DNA of 64,000 nucleotides from Eledone cirrhosa. Its lineage: Eukaryota. The translations under genes were made by a program, and so were the position numbers. This document shows positions 1 through 14,435 of this stretch, piece by piece (position 1 is the first letter of the stretch; each line of letters starts with the position of its first letter). The notes beneath the pieces were generated by a model. That model worked only from the letters and a program-made list of their open reading frames with translations, did not search any database and was not told the origin of the DNA. The stretch lies in contig CAXHJY010001692.1 of assembly GCA_964016885.1 (NCBI GenBank), positions 62,001-126,000 on the forward strand. The letters are read 5' to 3'.

Positions 1-253
1 GTTCAATAGAATGACAGTCGTTAGAACGTCCAATAGAATGACAGTCGTTAGAACGTCCAATAGAATGACAGTCGTTAGAACGTCCAATAGAATGACAGTC
101 GTTAGAACGTTCAATAGAATGACAGTCGTTAGAACGTTCAATAGAATGACAGTTGTTAGAACGTCCAATAGAATGACAGTCGTTAGAACGTTCAATAGAA
201 TGACAGTCGTTAGAACGTTCAATAGAATGACAGTCGTTAGAACGTTCAATAGA

Positions 254-1901
254 ATGACAGTCGTTAGAACGTCTAATAGAATGACAGTCGTTAGAACGTT
301 CAATAGAATGACAGTCGTTAGAACGTTCAATAGAATGACAGTCGTTAGAACGTTCAATAGAATGACAGTCGTTAGAACGTCTAATAGAATGACAGTCGTT
401 AGAACGTTCAATAGAATGACAGTCGTTAGAACGTCCAATAGAATGACAGTCGTTAGAACGTTCAATAGAATGACAGTCGTTAGAACGTCCAATAGAATGA
501 CAGTCGTTAGAACGATCAATAGAATGACAGTCGTTAGAACGTTCAATAGAATGACAGTCGTTAGAACGTCCAATAGAATGACAGTCGTTAGAACGTTCAA
601 TAGAATGACAGTCGTAATAACGTTCAATAGAATGACAGTCGTTAGAACGTTCAATAGAATGACAGTCGTTAGAACGTCCAATAGAATGACAGTCGTTAGA
701 ACGTTCAATAGAATGACAGTCGTTAGAACGTCCAATAGAATGACAGTCGTTACTACGTCCAATAGAATGACAGTCGTTAGAACGTCCAATAGAATGACAG
801 TCGTTATAACGTTCAATAGAATGACAGTCGTTAGAACGTTCAATAGAATGACAGTCGTTAGAACGTTCAATAGAATGACAGTCGTTAGAACGTCCAATAG
901 AATGACATTCGTTAGAACATTCAATAGAATGACAGTCGTTAGAACGTCCAATAGAATGACAGTCGTTAGAACGTCCAATAGAATGACAGTCGTTAGAACG
1001 TCCAATAGAATGACAGTCGTTAGAACGTTCAATAGAATGACAGTCGTTAGAACGTTCAATAGAATGACAGTCGTTAGAACGTTCAATAGATTTGACAGTC
1101 GTTAGAACGTCTAATAGAATGACAGTCGTTAGAACGTTCAATAGAATGACAGTCGTTAGAACGTTCAATAGAATGACAGTCGTTAGAACGTTCAATAGAA
1201 TGACAGTCGTTAGAACGTCTAATAGAATGACAGTCGTTAGAACGTTCAATAGAATGACAGTCGTTAGAACGTCCAATAGAATGACAGTCGTTAGAACGTT
1301 CAATAGAATGACAGTCGTTAGAACGTCCAATAGAATGACAGTCGTTAGAACGATCAATAGAATGACAGTCGTTAGAACGTTCAATAGAATGACAGTCGTT
1401 AGAACGTCCAATAGAATGACAGTCGTTAGAACGTTCAATAGAATGACAGTCGTAATAACGTTCAATAGAATGACAGTCGTTAGAACGTTCAATAGAATGA
1501 CAGTCGTTAGAACGTCCAATAGAATGACAGTCGTTAGAACGTTCAATAGAATGACAGTCGTTAGAACGTCCAATAGAATGACAGTTGTTACTACGTCCAA
1601 TAGAATGACAGTCGTTAGAACGTCCAATAGAATGACAGTCGTTATAACGTTCAATAGAATGACAGTCGTTAGAACGTTCAATAGAATGACAGTCGTTAGA
1701 ACGTTCAATAGAATGACAGTCGTTAGAACGTCCAATAGAATGACATTCGTTAGAACATTCAATAGAATGACAGTCGTTAGAACGTCCAATAGAATGACAG
1801 TCGTTAGAACGTCCAATAGAATGACAGTCGTTAGAACGTCCAATAGAATGACAGTCGTTAGAACGTTCAATAGAATGACAGTCGTTAGAACGTTCAATAG
1901 A
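254..1901. repeat. Local tandem duplication of a 30-monomer block (period 838 bp)
   Basis: The variant order from 254 (tct, acgatc, gtaata, actacg, acattc..acattc) is repeated from 1092. A single 28-bp monomer (AATAGA-TTTGAC at 1091) lies at the junction. Confidence 0.85.
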
Positions 1902-4900
1902 ATGACAGTCGTTAGAACGTCCAATAGAATGACGGTCGTTAGAACGTCCAATAGAATGACAGTCGTTAGAACGTCCAATAGAATGATAGTCGTTATAACG
2001 TTCAATAGAATGACAGTCGTTAGAAGGTCCAATAGAATGACAGTCGTTAGAACGTCCAATAGAATGACAGTCGTTAGAACGTCCAATAGAATGACAGTCG
2101 TTAGAACGTTCAATAGAATGACAGTCGTTAGAACTTTCAATAGAATGACAGTCTTTAGAACGTCCAATAGAATGACAGTCGTTAGAACGTCCAATAGAAT
2201 GACAGTCGTTAGAACGTCCAATAGAATGACAGTCGTTAGAACGTTCAATAGAATGACAGTCGTTAGAAGGTCCAATAGAATGACAGTCGTTAGAAGATCC
2301 AATAGAATGACAGTCGTTAGAACGTCCAATAGAATGACAGTCGTTAGAACGTTCAATAGAATGACACTCGTTAGAACGTTCAATAGAATGACAGTCGTTA
2401 GAACGTTCAATAGAATGACAGTCGTTAGAACGTCCAATAGAATGACAGTCGTTAGAACGTTCAATAGAATGACAGTCGTTATAACGTTCAATAGAATAAC
2501 AGTCGTTAGAACGTTCAATAGAATGACAGTCGTTAGAACGTCCAATAGAATGACAGTCGTTAGAACGTTCAATAGAATGACAGTCGTTAGAACGTCCAAT
2601 AGAATGACAGCCGTTACTACGTCCAATAGAATGACAGTCGTTAGAACGTCCAATAGAATGACAGTCGTTATAACGTTCAATAGAATGACAGTCGTTAGAA
2701 GGTCCAATAGAATGACAGTCGTTAGAACGTCCAATAGAATGACAGTCGTTAGAAGGTCCAATAGAATGACAGTCGTTAGAACGTCCAATAGAATGACAGT
2801 CGTTAGAACGTCCAATAGAATGGCAGTCGTTAGAAGGTCCAATAGAATGACAGTCGTTAGAACGTCCAATAGAATGACAGTCGTTAGAAGGTCCAATAGA
2901 ATGACAGTCGTTAGAACGTCCAATAGAATGACAGTCGTTAGAAGGTCCAATAGAATGACAGTCGTTAGAAGGTCCAATAGAATGACAGTCGTTAGAAGGT
3001 CCAATAGAATGACAGTCGTTAGTACGTCCAATAGAATGACAGTCGTTAGAACGTCCAATAGAATGACAGTCGTTAGTACGTCCAATAGAATGACTGTCGT
3101 TAGAACGTCCAATAGAATGACAGTCGTTAGAACGTCCAATAGAATGACAGTCGTTAGAACGTCCAATAGAATGACAGTCGTTAGAACGTTCAATAGAATG
3201 ACAGTCGTTAGAACGTCCAATAGAATGACAGTCGTTAGAACGTCCAATAGAATGACTGTCGTTAGAACGTCCAATAGAATGACAGTCGTTAGAACGTCCA
3301 ATAGAATGACAGTCGTTAGAACGTTCAATAGAATGACAGTCGTTAGAACGTCCAATAGAATGACAGTCGTTAGAACGTCCAATAGAATGACAGTCGTTAG
3401 AACGTCCAATAGAATGACAGTCGTTAGAACGTCCAATAGAATGACAGTCGTTAGAACGTCCAATAGAATGACAGTCGTTAGTACGTCCAATAGAATGACT
3501 GTCGTTAGAACGTCCAATAGAATGACAGTCGTTAGAACGTCCAATAGAATGACAGTCGTTAGAACGTCCAATAGAATGACAGTCGTTAGAACGTCCAATA
3601 GAATAACAGTCGTTAGAACGTCCAATAGAATGACAGTCGTTAGTACGTCCAATAGAATGACAGTCGTTAGAACGTCCAATAGAATGACAGTCGTTAGAAC
3701 GTCCAATAGAATGACAGTCGTTAGAACGTCCAATAGAATGACAGTCGTTAGAACGTCCAATAGAATGACAGTCGTTAGAACGTTCAATAGAATGACAGTC
3801 GTTAGAATGTCCAATAGAATGACAGTCGTTAGTACGTCCAATAGAATGACAGTCGTTAGAACGTCCAATAGAATGACAGTCGTTAGAACGTCCAATAGAA
3901 TGACAGTCGTTAGTACGTCCAATAGAATGACTGTCGTTAGAACGTCCAATAGAATGACAGTCGTTAGTACGTCCAATAGAATGACAGTGGTTAGAACGTT
4001 CAATAGAATGACAGTCGTTAGAATGTCCAATAGAATGACAGTCGTTAGTACGTCCAATAGAATGACAGTCGTTAGAACGTCCAATAGAATGACAGTCGTT
4101 AGAACGTCCAATAGAATGACAGTCGTTAGAACGTCCAATAGAATGACAGTCGTTAGAACGTTCAATAGAATGACAGTCGTTAGAACGTCCAATAGAATGA
4201 CAGTTGTTACTACGTCCAATAGAATGACAGTCGTTAGAACGTTCAATAGAATGACAGTCGTTAGAACGTTCAATAGAATGACAGTTGTTACTACGTCCAA
4301 TAGAATGACAGTCGTTAGAACGTTCAATAGAATGACAGTCGTTAGAACGTTCAATAGAATGACAGTCGTTAGAACATTCAATAGAATGACAGTTGTTACT
4401 ACGTCCAATAGAATGACATTCGTTAGAACATTCAATAGAATGACAGTCGTTAGAACGTTCAATAGAATGACAGTCGTTAGAACGTTCAATAGAATGACAG
4501 TCGTTAGAACGTTCAATAGAATGACAGTCGTTAGAACGTCCAATAGAATGACAGTCGTTAGAACGTCCAATAGAATGACAGTCGTTAGAACGTTCAATAG
4601 AATGACAGTCGTTAGAACGTCCAATAGAATGACAGTTGTTACTACGTCCAATAGAATGACAGTCGTTAGAACGTTCAATAGAATGACAGTCGTTAGAACG
4701 TCCAATAGAATGACAGTTGTTACTACGTCCAATAGAATGACAGTCGTTAGAACGTTCAATAGAATGACAGTCGTTAGAACGTTCAATAGAATGACAGTCG
4801 TTAGAACGTCCAATAGAATGACATTCGTTAGAACATTCAATAGAATGACAGTCGTTAGAACGTCCAATAGAATGACAGTCGTTAGAACGTCCAATAGAAT

Positions 4901-7900
4901 GACAGTCGTTAGAACGTCCAATAGAATGACAGTCGTTAGAACGTTCAATAGAATGACAGTCGTTAGAACGTTCAATAGAATGACAGTCGTTAGAACGTCC
5001 AATAGAATGACGGTCGTTAGAACGTCCAATAGAATGACAGTCGTTAGAACGTCCAATAGAATGATAGTCGTTATAACGTTCAATAGAATGACAGTCGTTA
5101 GAAGGTCCAATAGAATGACAGTCGTTAGAACGTCCAATAGAATGACAGTCGTTAGAACGTCCAATAGAATGACAGTCGTTAGAACGTTCAATAGAATGAC
5201 AGTCGTTAGAACTTTCAATAGAATGACAGTCTTTAGAACGTCCAATAGAATGACAGTCGTTAGAACGTCCAATAGAATGACAGTCGTTAGAACGTCCAAT
5301 AGAATGACAGTCGTTAGAACGTTCAATAGAATGACAGTCGTTAGAAGGTCCAATAGAATGACAGTCGTTAGAAGATCCAATAGAATGACAGTCGTTAGAA
5401 CGTCCAATAGAATGACAGTCGTTAGAACGTTCAATAGAATGACACTCGTTAGAACGTTCAATAGAATGACAGTCGTTAGAACGTTCAATAGAATGACAGT
5501 CGTTAGAACGTCCAATAGAATGACAGTCGTTAGAACGTTCAATAGAATGACAGTCGTTATAACGTTCAATAGAATAACAGTCGTTAGAACGTTCAATAGA
5601 ATGACAGTCGTTAGAACGTCCAATAGAATGACAGTCGTTAGAACGTTCAATAGAATGACAGTCGTTAGAACGTCCAATAGAATGACAGCCGTTACTACGT
5701 CCAATAGAATGACAGTCGTTAGAACGTCCAATAGAATGACAGTCGTTATAACGTTCAATAGAATGACAGTCGTTAGAAGGTCCAATAGAATGACAGTCGT
5801 TAGAACGTCCAATAGAATGACAGTCGTTAGAAGGTCCAATAGAATGACAGTCGTTAGAACGTCCAATAGAATGACAGTCGTTAGAACGTCCAATAGAATG
5901 ACAGTCGTTAGAAGGTCCAATAGAATGACAGTCGTTAGAACGTCCAATAGAATGACAGTCGTTAGAAGGTCCAATAGAATGACAGTCGTTAGAACGTCCA
6001 ATAGAATGACAGTCGTTAGAAGGTCCAATAGAATGACAGTCGTTAGAAGGTCCAATAGAATGACAGTCGTTAGAAGGTCCAATAGAATGACAGTCGTTAG
6101 TACGTCCAATAGAATGACAGTCGTTAGAACGTCCAATAGAATGACAGTCGTTAGTACGTCCAATAGAATGACTGTCGTTAGAACGTCCAATAGAATGACA
6201 GTCGTTAGAACGTCCAATAGAATGACAGTCGTTAGAACGTCCAATAGAATGACAGTCGTTAGAACGTCCAATAGAATGACAGTCGTTAGTACGTCCAATA
6301 GAATGACTGTCGTTAGAACGTCCAATAGAATGACAGTCGTTAGAACGTCCAATAGAATGACAGTCGTTAGAACGTCCAATAGAATGACAGTCGTTAGAAC
6401 GTCCAATAGAATAACAGTCGTTAGAACGTCCAATAGAATGACAGTCGTTAGTACGTCCAATAGAATGACAGTCGTTAGAACGTCCAATAGAATGACAGTC
6501 GTTAGAACGTCCAATAGAATGACAGTCGTTAGAACGTCCAATAGAATGACAGTCGTTAGAACGTCCAATAGAATGACAGTCGTTAGAACGTTCAATAGAA
6601 TGACAGTCGTTAGAACGTCCAATAGAATGACAGTCGTTAGTACGTCCAATAGAATGACTGTCGTTAGAACGTCCAATAGAATGACAGTCGTTAGTACGTC
6701 CAATAGAATGACAGTGGTTAGAACGTTCAATAGAATGACAGTCGTTAGAATGTCCAATAGAATGACAGTCGTTAGTACGTCCAATAGAATGACAGTCGTT
6801 AGAACGTCCAATAGAATGACAGTCGTTAGAACGTCCAATAGAATGACAGTCGTTAGAACGTCCAATAGAATGACAGTCGTTAGAACGTCCAATAGAATGA
6901 CAGTCGTTAGAACGTCCAGTAGAATGACAGTCGTTAGAACGTCCAATAGAATGACAGTCGTTAGAACGTCCAATAGAATGACAGTCGTTAGAACGTCCAA
7001 TAGAATGACAGTCGTTAGTACGTCCAATAGAATGACAGTCGTTAGAACGTCCAATAGAATGACAGTCGTTAGAACGTCCAATAGAATGACAGTCGTTAGA
7101 ACGTCCAATAGAATGACAGTCGTTAGTACGTCCAATAGAATGACAGTCGTTAGAACGTCCAATAGAATGACAGTCGTTAGAACGTCCAATAGAATGACAG
7201 TCGTTAGAACGTACAATAGAATGACAGTTGTTAGAACGTCCAATAGAATTACAGTCGTTAGAACGTACAATAGAATGACAGTCGTTAGAACGTCCAATAG
7301 AATGACAGTCGTTAGAACGATCAATAGAATGACAGTCGTTAGAACGTTCAATAGAATGACAGTCGTTAGAACGTCCAATAGAATGACAGTCGTTAGAACG
7401 TTCAATAGAATGACAGTCGTTAGAACGTCCAATAGAATGACAGTCGTTAGAACGTCCAATAGAATGACAGTCGTTAGAACGTTCAATAGAATGACAGTCG
7501 TTAGAACGTCCAATAGAATGACAGTCGTTACTACGTCCAATAGAATGACAGTCGTTAGAACGTTCAATAGAATGACAGTCGTTAGAACGTCCAATAGAAT
7601 GACAGTCGTTAGAACGATCAATAGAATGACAGTCGTTAGAACGTCCAATAGAATGACAGTCGTTAGAACGTCCAATAGAATGACAGTCGTTAGTACGTCC
7701 AATAGAATGACAGTCGTTAGAACGTCCAATAGAATGACAGTCGTTAGAACGTCCAATAGAATGACAGTCGTTAGAACGTCCAATAGAATGACAGTCGTTA
7801 GTACGTCCAATAGAATGACAGTCGTTAGAACGTCCAATAGAATGACAGTCGTTAGAACGTCCAATAGAATGACAGTCGTTAGAACGTACAATAGAATGAC

Positions 7901-10900
7901 AGTTGTTAGAACGTCCAATAGAATTACAGTCGTTAGAACGTACAATAGAATGACAGTCGTTAGAACGTCCAATAGAATGACAGTCGTTAGAACGATCAAT
8001 AGAATGACAGTCGTTAGAACGTTCAATAGAATGACAGTCGTTAGAACGTCCAATAGAATGACAGTCGTTAGAACGTTCAATAGAATGACAGTCGTAATAA
8101 CGTTCAATAGAATGACAGTCGTTAGAACGTCCAATAGAATGACAGTCGTTAGAACGTTCAATAGAATGACAGTCGTTAGAACGTCCAATAGAATGACAGT
8201 CGTTACTACGTCCAATAGAATGACAGTCGTTAGAACGTCCAATAGAATGACAGTCGTTATAACGTTCAATAGAATGACAGTCGTTAGAAGGTCCAATAGA
8301 ATGACAGTCGTTAGAACGTCCAATAGAATGACAGTCGTTAGAACGTCCAATAGAATGACAGTCGTTAGAAGGTCCAATAGAATGACAGTCGTTAGAACGT
8401 CCAATAGAATGACAGTCGTTAGAACGTCCAATAGAATGACAGTCGTTAGAAGGTCCAATAGAATGACAGTCGTTAGAACGTCCAATAGAATGACAGTCGT
8501 TAGAAGGTCCAATAGAATGACAGTCGTTAGAACGTCCAATAGAATGACAGTCGTTAGAAGGTCCAATAGAATGACAGTCGTTAGAAGGTCCAATAGAATG
8601 ACAGTCGTTAGAAGGTCCAATAGAATGACAGTCGTTAGTACGTCCAATAGAATGACAGTCGTTAGAACGTCCAATAGAATGACAGTCGTTAGTACGTCCA
8701 ATAGAATGACTGTCGTTAGAACGTCCAATAGAATGACAGTCGTTAGAACGTCCAATAGAATGACAGTCGTTAGAACGTCCAATAGAATGGCAGTCGTTAG
8801 AACGTCCAATAGAATGACAGTCGTTAGTACGTCCAATAGAATGACTGTCGTTAGAACGTCCAATAGAATGACAGTCGTTAGAACGTCCAATAGAATGACA
8901 GTGGTTAGAACGTTCAATAGAATGACAGTCGTTAGAATGTCCAATAGAATGACAGTCGTTAGTACGTCCAATAGAATGACAGTCGTTAGAACGTCCAATA
9001 GAATGACAGTCGTTAGAACGTCCAATAGAATGACAGTCGTTAGAACGTCCAATAGAATGACAGTCGTTAGAACGTTCAATAGAATGACAGTCGTTAGAAC
9101 GTCCAATAGAATGACAGTTGTTACTACGTCCAATAGAATGACAGTCGTTAGAACGTCCAATAGAATGACAGTCGTTATAACGTTCAATAGAATGACAGTC
9201 GTTAGAACGTTCAATAGAATGACAGTCGTTAGAACGTTCAATAGAATGACAGTCGTTAGAACGTCCAATAGAATGACATTCGTTAGAACATTCAATAGAA
9301 TGACAGTCGTTAGAACGTCCAATAGAATGACAGTCGTTAGAACGTCCAATAGAATGACAGTCGTTAGAACGTCCAATAGAATGACAGTCGTTAGAACGTT
9401 CAATAGAATGACAGTCGTTAGAACGTTCAATAGAATGACAGTCGTTAGAACGTCCAATAGAATGACGGTCGTTAGAACGTCCAATAGAATGACAGTCGTT
9501 AGAACGTCCAATAGAATGATAGTCGTTATAACGTTCAATAGAATGACAGTCGTTAGAAGGTCCAATAGAATGACAGTCGTTAGAACGTCCAATAGAATGA
9601 CAGTCGTTAGAACGTCCAATAGAATGACAGTCGTTAGAACGTTCAATAGAATGACAGTCGTTAGAACTTTCAATAGAATGACAGTCTTTAGAACGTCCAA
9701 TAGAATGACAGTCGTTAGAACGTCCAATAGAATGACAGTCGTTAGAACGTCCAATAGAATGACAGTCGTTAGAACGTTCAATAGAATGACAGTCGTTAGA
9801 AGGTCCAATAGAATGACAGTCGTTAGAAGATCCAATAGAATGACAGTCGTTAGAACGTCCAATAGAATGACAGTCGTTAGAACGTTCAATAGAATGACAC
9901 TCGTTAGAACGTTCAATAGAATGACAGTCGTTAGAACGTTCAATAGAATGACAGTCGTTAGAACGTCCAATAGAAGGACAGTCGTTAGAACGTTCAATAG
10001 AATGACAGTCGTTATAACGTTCAATAGAATAACAGTCGTTAGAACGTTCAATAGAATGACAGTCGTTAGAACGTCCAATAGAATGACAGTCGTTAGAACG
10101 TTCAATAGAATGACAGTCGTTAGAACGTCCAATAGAATGACAGCCGTTACTACGTCCAATAGAATGACAGTCGTTAGAACGTCCAATAGAATGACAGTCG
10201 TTATAACGTTCAATAGAATGACAGTCGTTAGAAGGTCCAATAGAATGACAGTCGTTAGAACGTCCAATAGAATGACAGTCGTTAGAAGGTCCAATAGAAT
10301 GACAGTCGTTAGAACGTCCAATAGAATGACAGTCGTTAGAACGTCCAATAGAATGACAGTCGTTAGAAGGTCCAATAGAATGACAGTCGTTAGAACGTCC
10401 AATAGAATGACAGTCGTTAGAAGGTCCAATAGAATGACAGTCGTTAGAACGTCCAATAGAATGACAGTCGTTAGAAGGTCCAATAGAATGACAGTCGTTA
10501 GAAGGTCCAATAGAATGACAGTCGTTAGAAGGTCCAATAGAATGACAGTCGTTAGTACGTCCAATAGAATGACAGTCGTTAGAACGTCCAATAGAATGAC
10601 AGTCGTTAGTACGTCCAATAGAATGACTGTCGTTAGAACGTCCAATAGAATGACAGTCGTTAGAACGTCCAATAGAATGACAGTCGTTAGAACGTCCAAT
10701 AGAATGACAGTCGTTAGAACGTCCAATAGAATGACAGTCGTTAGTACGTCCAATAGAATGACTGTCGTTAGAACGTCCAATAGAATGACAGTCGTTAGAA
10801 CGTCCAATAGAATGACAGTCGTTAGAACGTCCAATAGAATGACAGTCGTTAGAACGTCCAATAGAATGACAGTCGTTAGTACGTCCAATAGAATGACAGT

Positions 10901-13900
10901 CGTTAGAACGTCCAATAGAATGACAGTCGTTAGAACGTCCAATAGAATGACAGTCGTTAGAACGTCCAATAGAATGACAGTCGTTAGAACGTCCAATAGA
11001 ATGACAGTCGTTAGAACGTTCAATAGAATGACAGTCGTTAGAACGTCCAATAGAATGACAGTCGTTAGTACGTCCAATAGAATGACTGTCGTTAGAACGT
11101 CCAATAGAATGACAGTCGTTAGTACGTCCAATAGAATGACAGTGGTTAGAACGTTCAATAGAATGACAGTCGTTAGAATGTCCAATAGAATGACAGTCGT
11201 TAGTACGTCCAATAGAATGACAGTCGTTAGAACGTCCAATAGAATGACAGTCGTTAGAACGTCCAATAGAATGACAGTCGTTAGAACGTCCAATAGAATG
11301 ACAGTCGTTAGAACGTCCAATAGAATGACAGTCGTTAGTACGTCCAATAGAATGACAGTCGTTAGAACGTCCAATAGAATGACAGTCGTTAGAACGTCCA
11401 ATAGAATGACAGTCGTTAGAACGTCCAATAGAATGACAGTCGTTAGAACGTCCAATAGAATGACAGTCGTTAGAACGTCCAATAGAATGACAGTCGTTAG
11501 AACGTCCAATAGAATGACAGTCGTTATAATGTTCAATAGAATGACAGTCGTTAGAACGTCCAATAGAATGACAGTCGTTAGAACGTACAATAGAATGACA
11601 GTTGTTAGAACGTCCAATAGAATTACAGTCGTTAGAACGTACAATAGAATGACAGTCGTTAGAACGTCCAATAGAATGACAGTCGTTAGAACGTTCAATA
11701 GAATGACAGTCGTTAGAACGATCAATAGAATGACAGTCGTTAGAACGTTCAATAGAATGACAGTCGTTAGAACGTCCAATAGAATGACAGTCGTTAGAAC
11801 GTTCAATAGAATGACAGTCGTAATAACGTTCAATAGAATGACAGTCGTTAGAACGTCCAATAGAATGACAGTCGTTAGAACGTTCAATAGAATGACAGTC
11901 GTTAGAACGTCCAATAGAATGACAGTCGTTACTACGTCCAATAGAATGACAGTCGTTAGAACGTCCAATAGAATGACAGTCGTTATAACGTTCAATAGAA
12001 TGACAGTCGTTAGAAGGTCCAATAGAATGACAGTCGTTAGAACGTCCAATAGAATGACAGTCGTTAGAACGTCCAATAGAATGACAGTCGTTATAACGTT
12101 CAATAGAATGACAGTCGTTAGAAGGTCCAATAGAATGACAGTCGTTAGAACGTCCAATAGAATGACAGTCGTTAGAACGTCCAATAGAATGACAGTCGTT
12201 AGAACGTTCAATAGAATGACAGTCGTTAGAACGTCCAATAGAATGACAGTCTTTAGAACGTCCAATAGAATGACAGTCGTTAGAACGTCCATTAGAATGA
12301 CAGTCGTTAGAACGTCCAATAGAATGACATTCGTTAGAACGTTCAATAGAATGACAGTCGTTAGAAGGTCCAATAGAATGACAGTCGTTAGAAGGTCCAA
12401 TAGAATGACAGTCGTTAGGACGTCCAATAGAATGACAGTCGTTAGAACGTCCAAAGGAATGACAGTCGTTAGAACGTTCAATAGAATGACAGTCGTTAGA
12501 ACGTCCAATAGAATGACAGTCGTTATAACGTTCAATAGAATGACACTCGTTAGAAGGTTCAATACAATAACAGTCGTTAGAACGTCCAATAGAATGACAG
12601 TCGTTAGAACGTTCAATAGAATGACAGTCGTTAGAAGGTCCAATAGAATGAGAGTCGTTAGAACGTCCAATAGAATGACAGTCGTTAGAACGTCCAATAG
12701 AATGACAGTCGTTAGAAGGTCCAATAGAATGACAGTCGTTAGAACGTCCAATAGAATGACAGTCGTTAGAAGGTCCAATAGAATGACAGTCGTTAGAACG
12801 TCCAATAGAATGACAGTCGTTAGAACGTCCAATAGAATGACAGTCGTTAGTACGTCCAATAGAATGACAGTCGTTAGAACGTCCAATAGAATGACAGTCG
12901 TTAGAACGTCCAATAGAATGACAGTCGTTAGAAGGTCCAATAGAATGACAGTCGTTAGAAGGTCCAATAGAATGACAGTCGTTAGAACGTCCAATAGAAT
13001 GACAGTCGTAAGAAGGTCCAATAGAATGACAGTCGTTATAACGTCCAATAGAATGACAGTTGTTAGAAGGTCCAACAGAATGACAGTCGTTAGAAGGTAC
13101 AATAGAATGACAGTCGTTAGAACGTCCAATAGAATGACAGTCGTTAGTACGTCCAATAGAATGACAGTTGTTAGAACGTCCAATAGAATGACAGTCGTTA
13201 GTACGTCCAATAGAATGACTGTCGTTAGAACGTCCAATAGAATGAGAGTCGTTAGAACGTCCAATAGAATGACAGTCGTTAGAACGTCCAATAGAATGAC
13301 AGTCGTTAGAACGTCCAATAGAATGACAGTCGTTAGAATGTCCAATAGAATGACAGTCGTTAGTACGTCCAATAGAATGACAGTCGTTAGAACGTCCAAT
13401 AGAATGACAGTCGTTAGAACGTCCAATAGAATGACAGTCGTTAGAACGTCCAATAGAATGACAGTCGTTAGAACGTCCAATAGAATGACAGTCGTTAGAA
13501 CGTCCAATAGAATGACAGTCGTTAGAACGTTCAATAGAATGACAGTCGTTAGAACGTCCAATAGAATGACAGTCGTTAGTACGTCCAATAGAATGACAGT
13601 CGTTAGAACGTCCAATAGAATGACTGTCGTTAGAACGTCCAATAGAATGACAGTCGTTAGTACGTCCAATAGAATGACAGTCGTTAGAACGTCCAATAGA
13701 ATGACAGTCGTTAGAACGTCCAATAGAATGACAGTCGTTAGAACGTCCAATAGAATGACAGTCGTTAGAACGTCCAATAGAATGACAGTCGTTAGAATGT
13801 CCAATAGAATGACAGTCGTTAGTACGTCCAATAGAATGACAGTCGTTAGAACGTCCAATAGAATGACAGTCGTTAGAACGTCCAATAGAATGACAGTCGT

Positions 13901-14435
13901 TAGTACCTCCAATAGAATGACAGTCGTTAGAACGTCCAATAGAGTGACAGTCGTTAGAACGTTCAATAGAATGAGAGTCGTTAGAACGTCCAATAGAATG
14001 ACAGTCGTTAGAACGTTCAATAGAATGACAGTCGTTAGAACGTCCAATAGAATGACAGTCGTTAGAACGTCCAATAGAATGACAGTCGTTAGAACGTTCA
14101 ATAGAATGACAGTCGTTAGAACGTCCAATAGAATGACAGTCGTTAGAAGGTCCAATAGAATGACAGTCGTTAGAAGGTCCAATAGAATGACAGTGGTTAG
14201 AACGTTCAATAGAATGACAGTCGTTAGAACGTCCAATAGAATGACAGTCGTTAGAACGTCCAATAGAATGACAGTCGTTAGAACGTCCAATAGAATGACA
14301 GTCGTTAGAACGTCCAATAGAATGACAGTCGTTAGAACGTTCAATAGAATTACAGTCGTTAGAACGTTCAATAGAATGACAGTTGTTAGAACGTCCAATA
14401 GAATGACAGAGTCGTTAGAACGTTCAATAGAATGA
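1092..14435 (+). other. 13.3-kb stop-free frame of (MTVVRT[S/F]NR)n; representative of all repeat-derived ORFs and probably not a real gene
   Basis: ORF track. The frame is open because the 27-bp unit has no stop in it. There is no unique N- or C-terminal domain, and the ends are set by indel monomers. Confidence refers to it being a translated CDS. Confidence 0.07.
1550..11300. repeat. Three copies of a ~2-2.5 kb higher-order block within the array (edges approximate)
   Basis: The rare-variant string gacggtc / atgatagtcgttata / actttc / gtcttt / agaagatcc / acactc / gccgttact recurs. The ATGATA anchor is at 1983, 5061 and 9516, i.e. spacings of 114 and 165 monomers. Confidence 0.85.

Noticed and set aside
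105-112. GAAC/GTTC as a Gram-positive LexA (Cheo) box
   Set aside because: That box is GAAC-N4-GTTC. Here the half-sites have no spacer.
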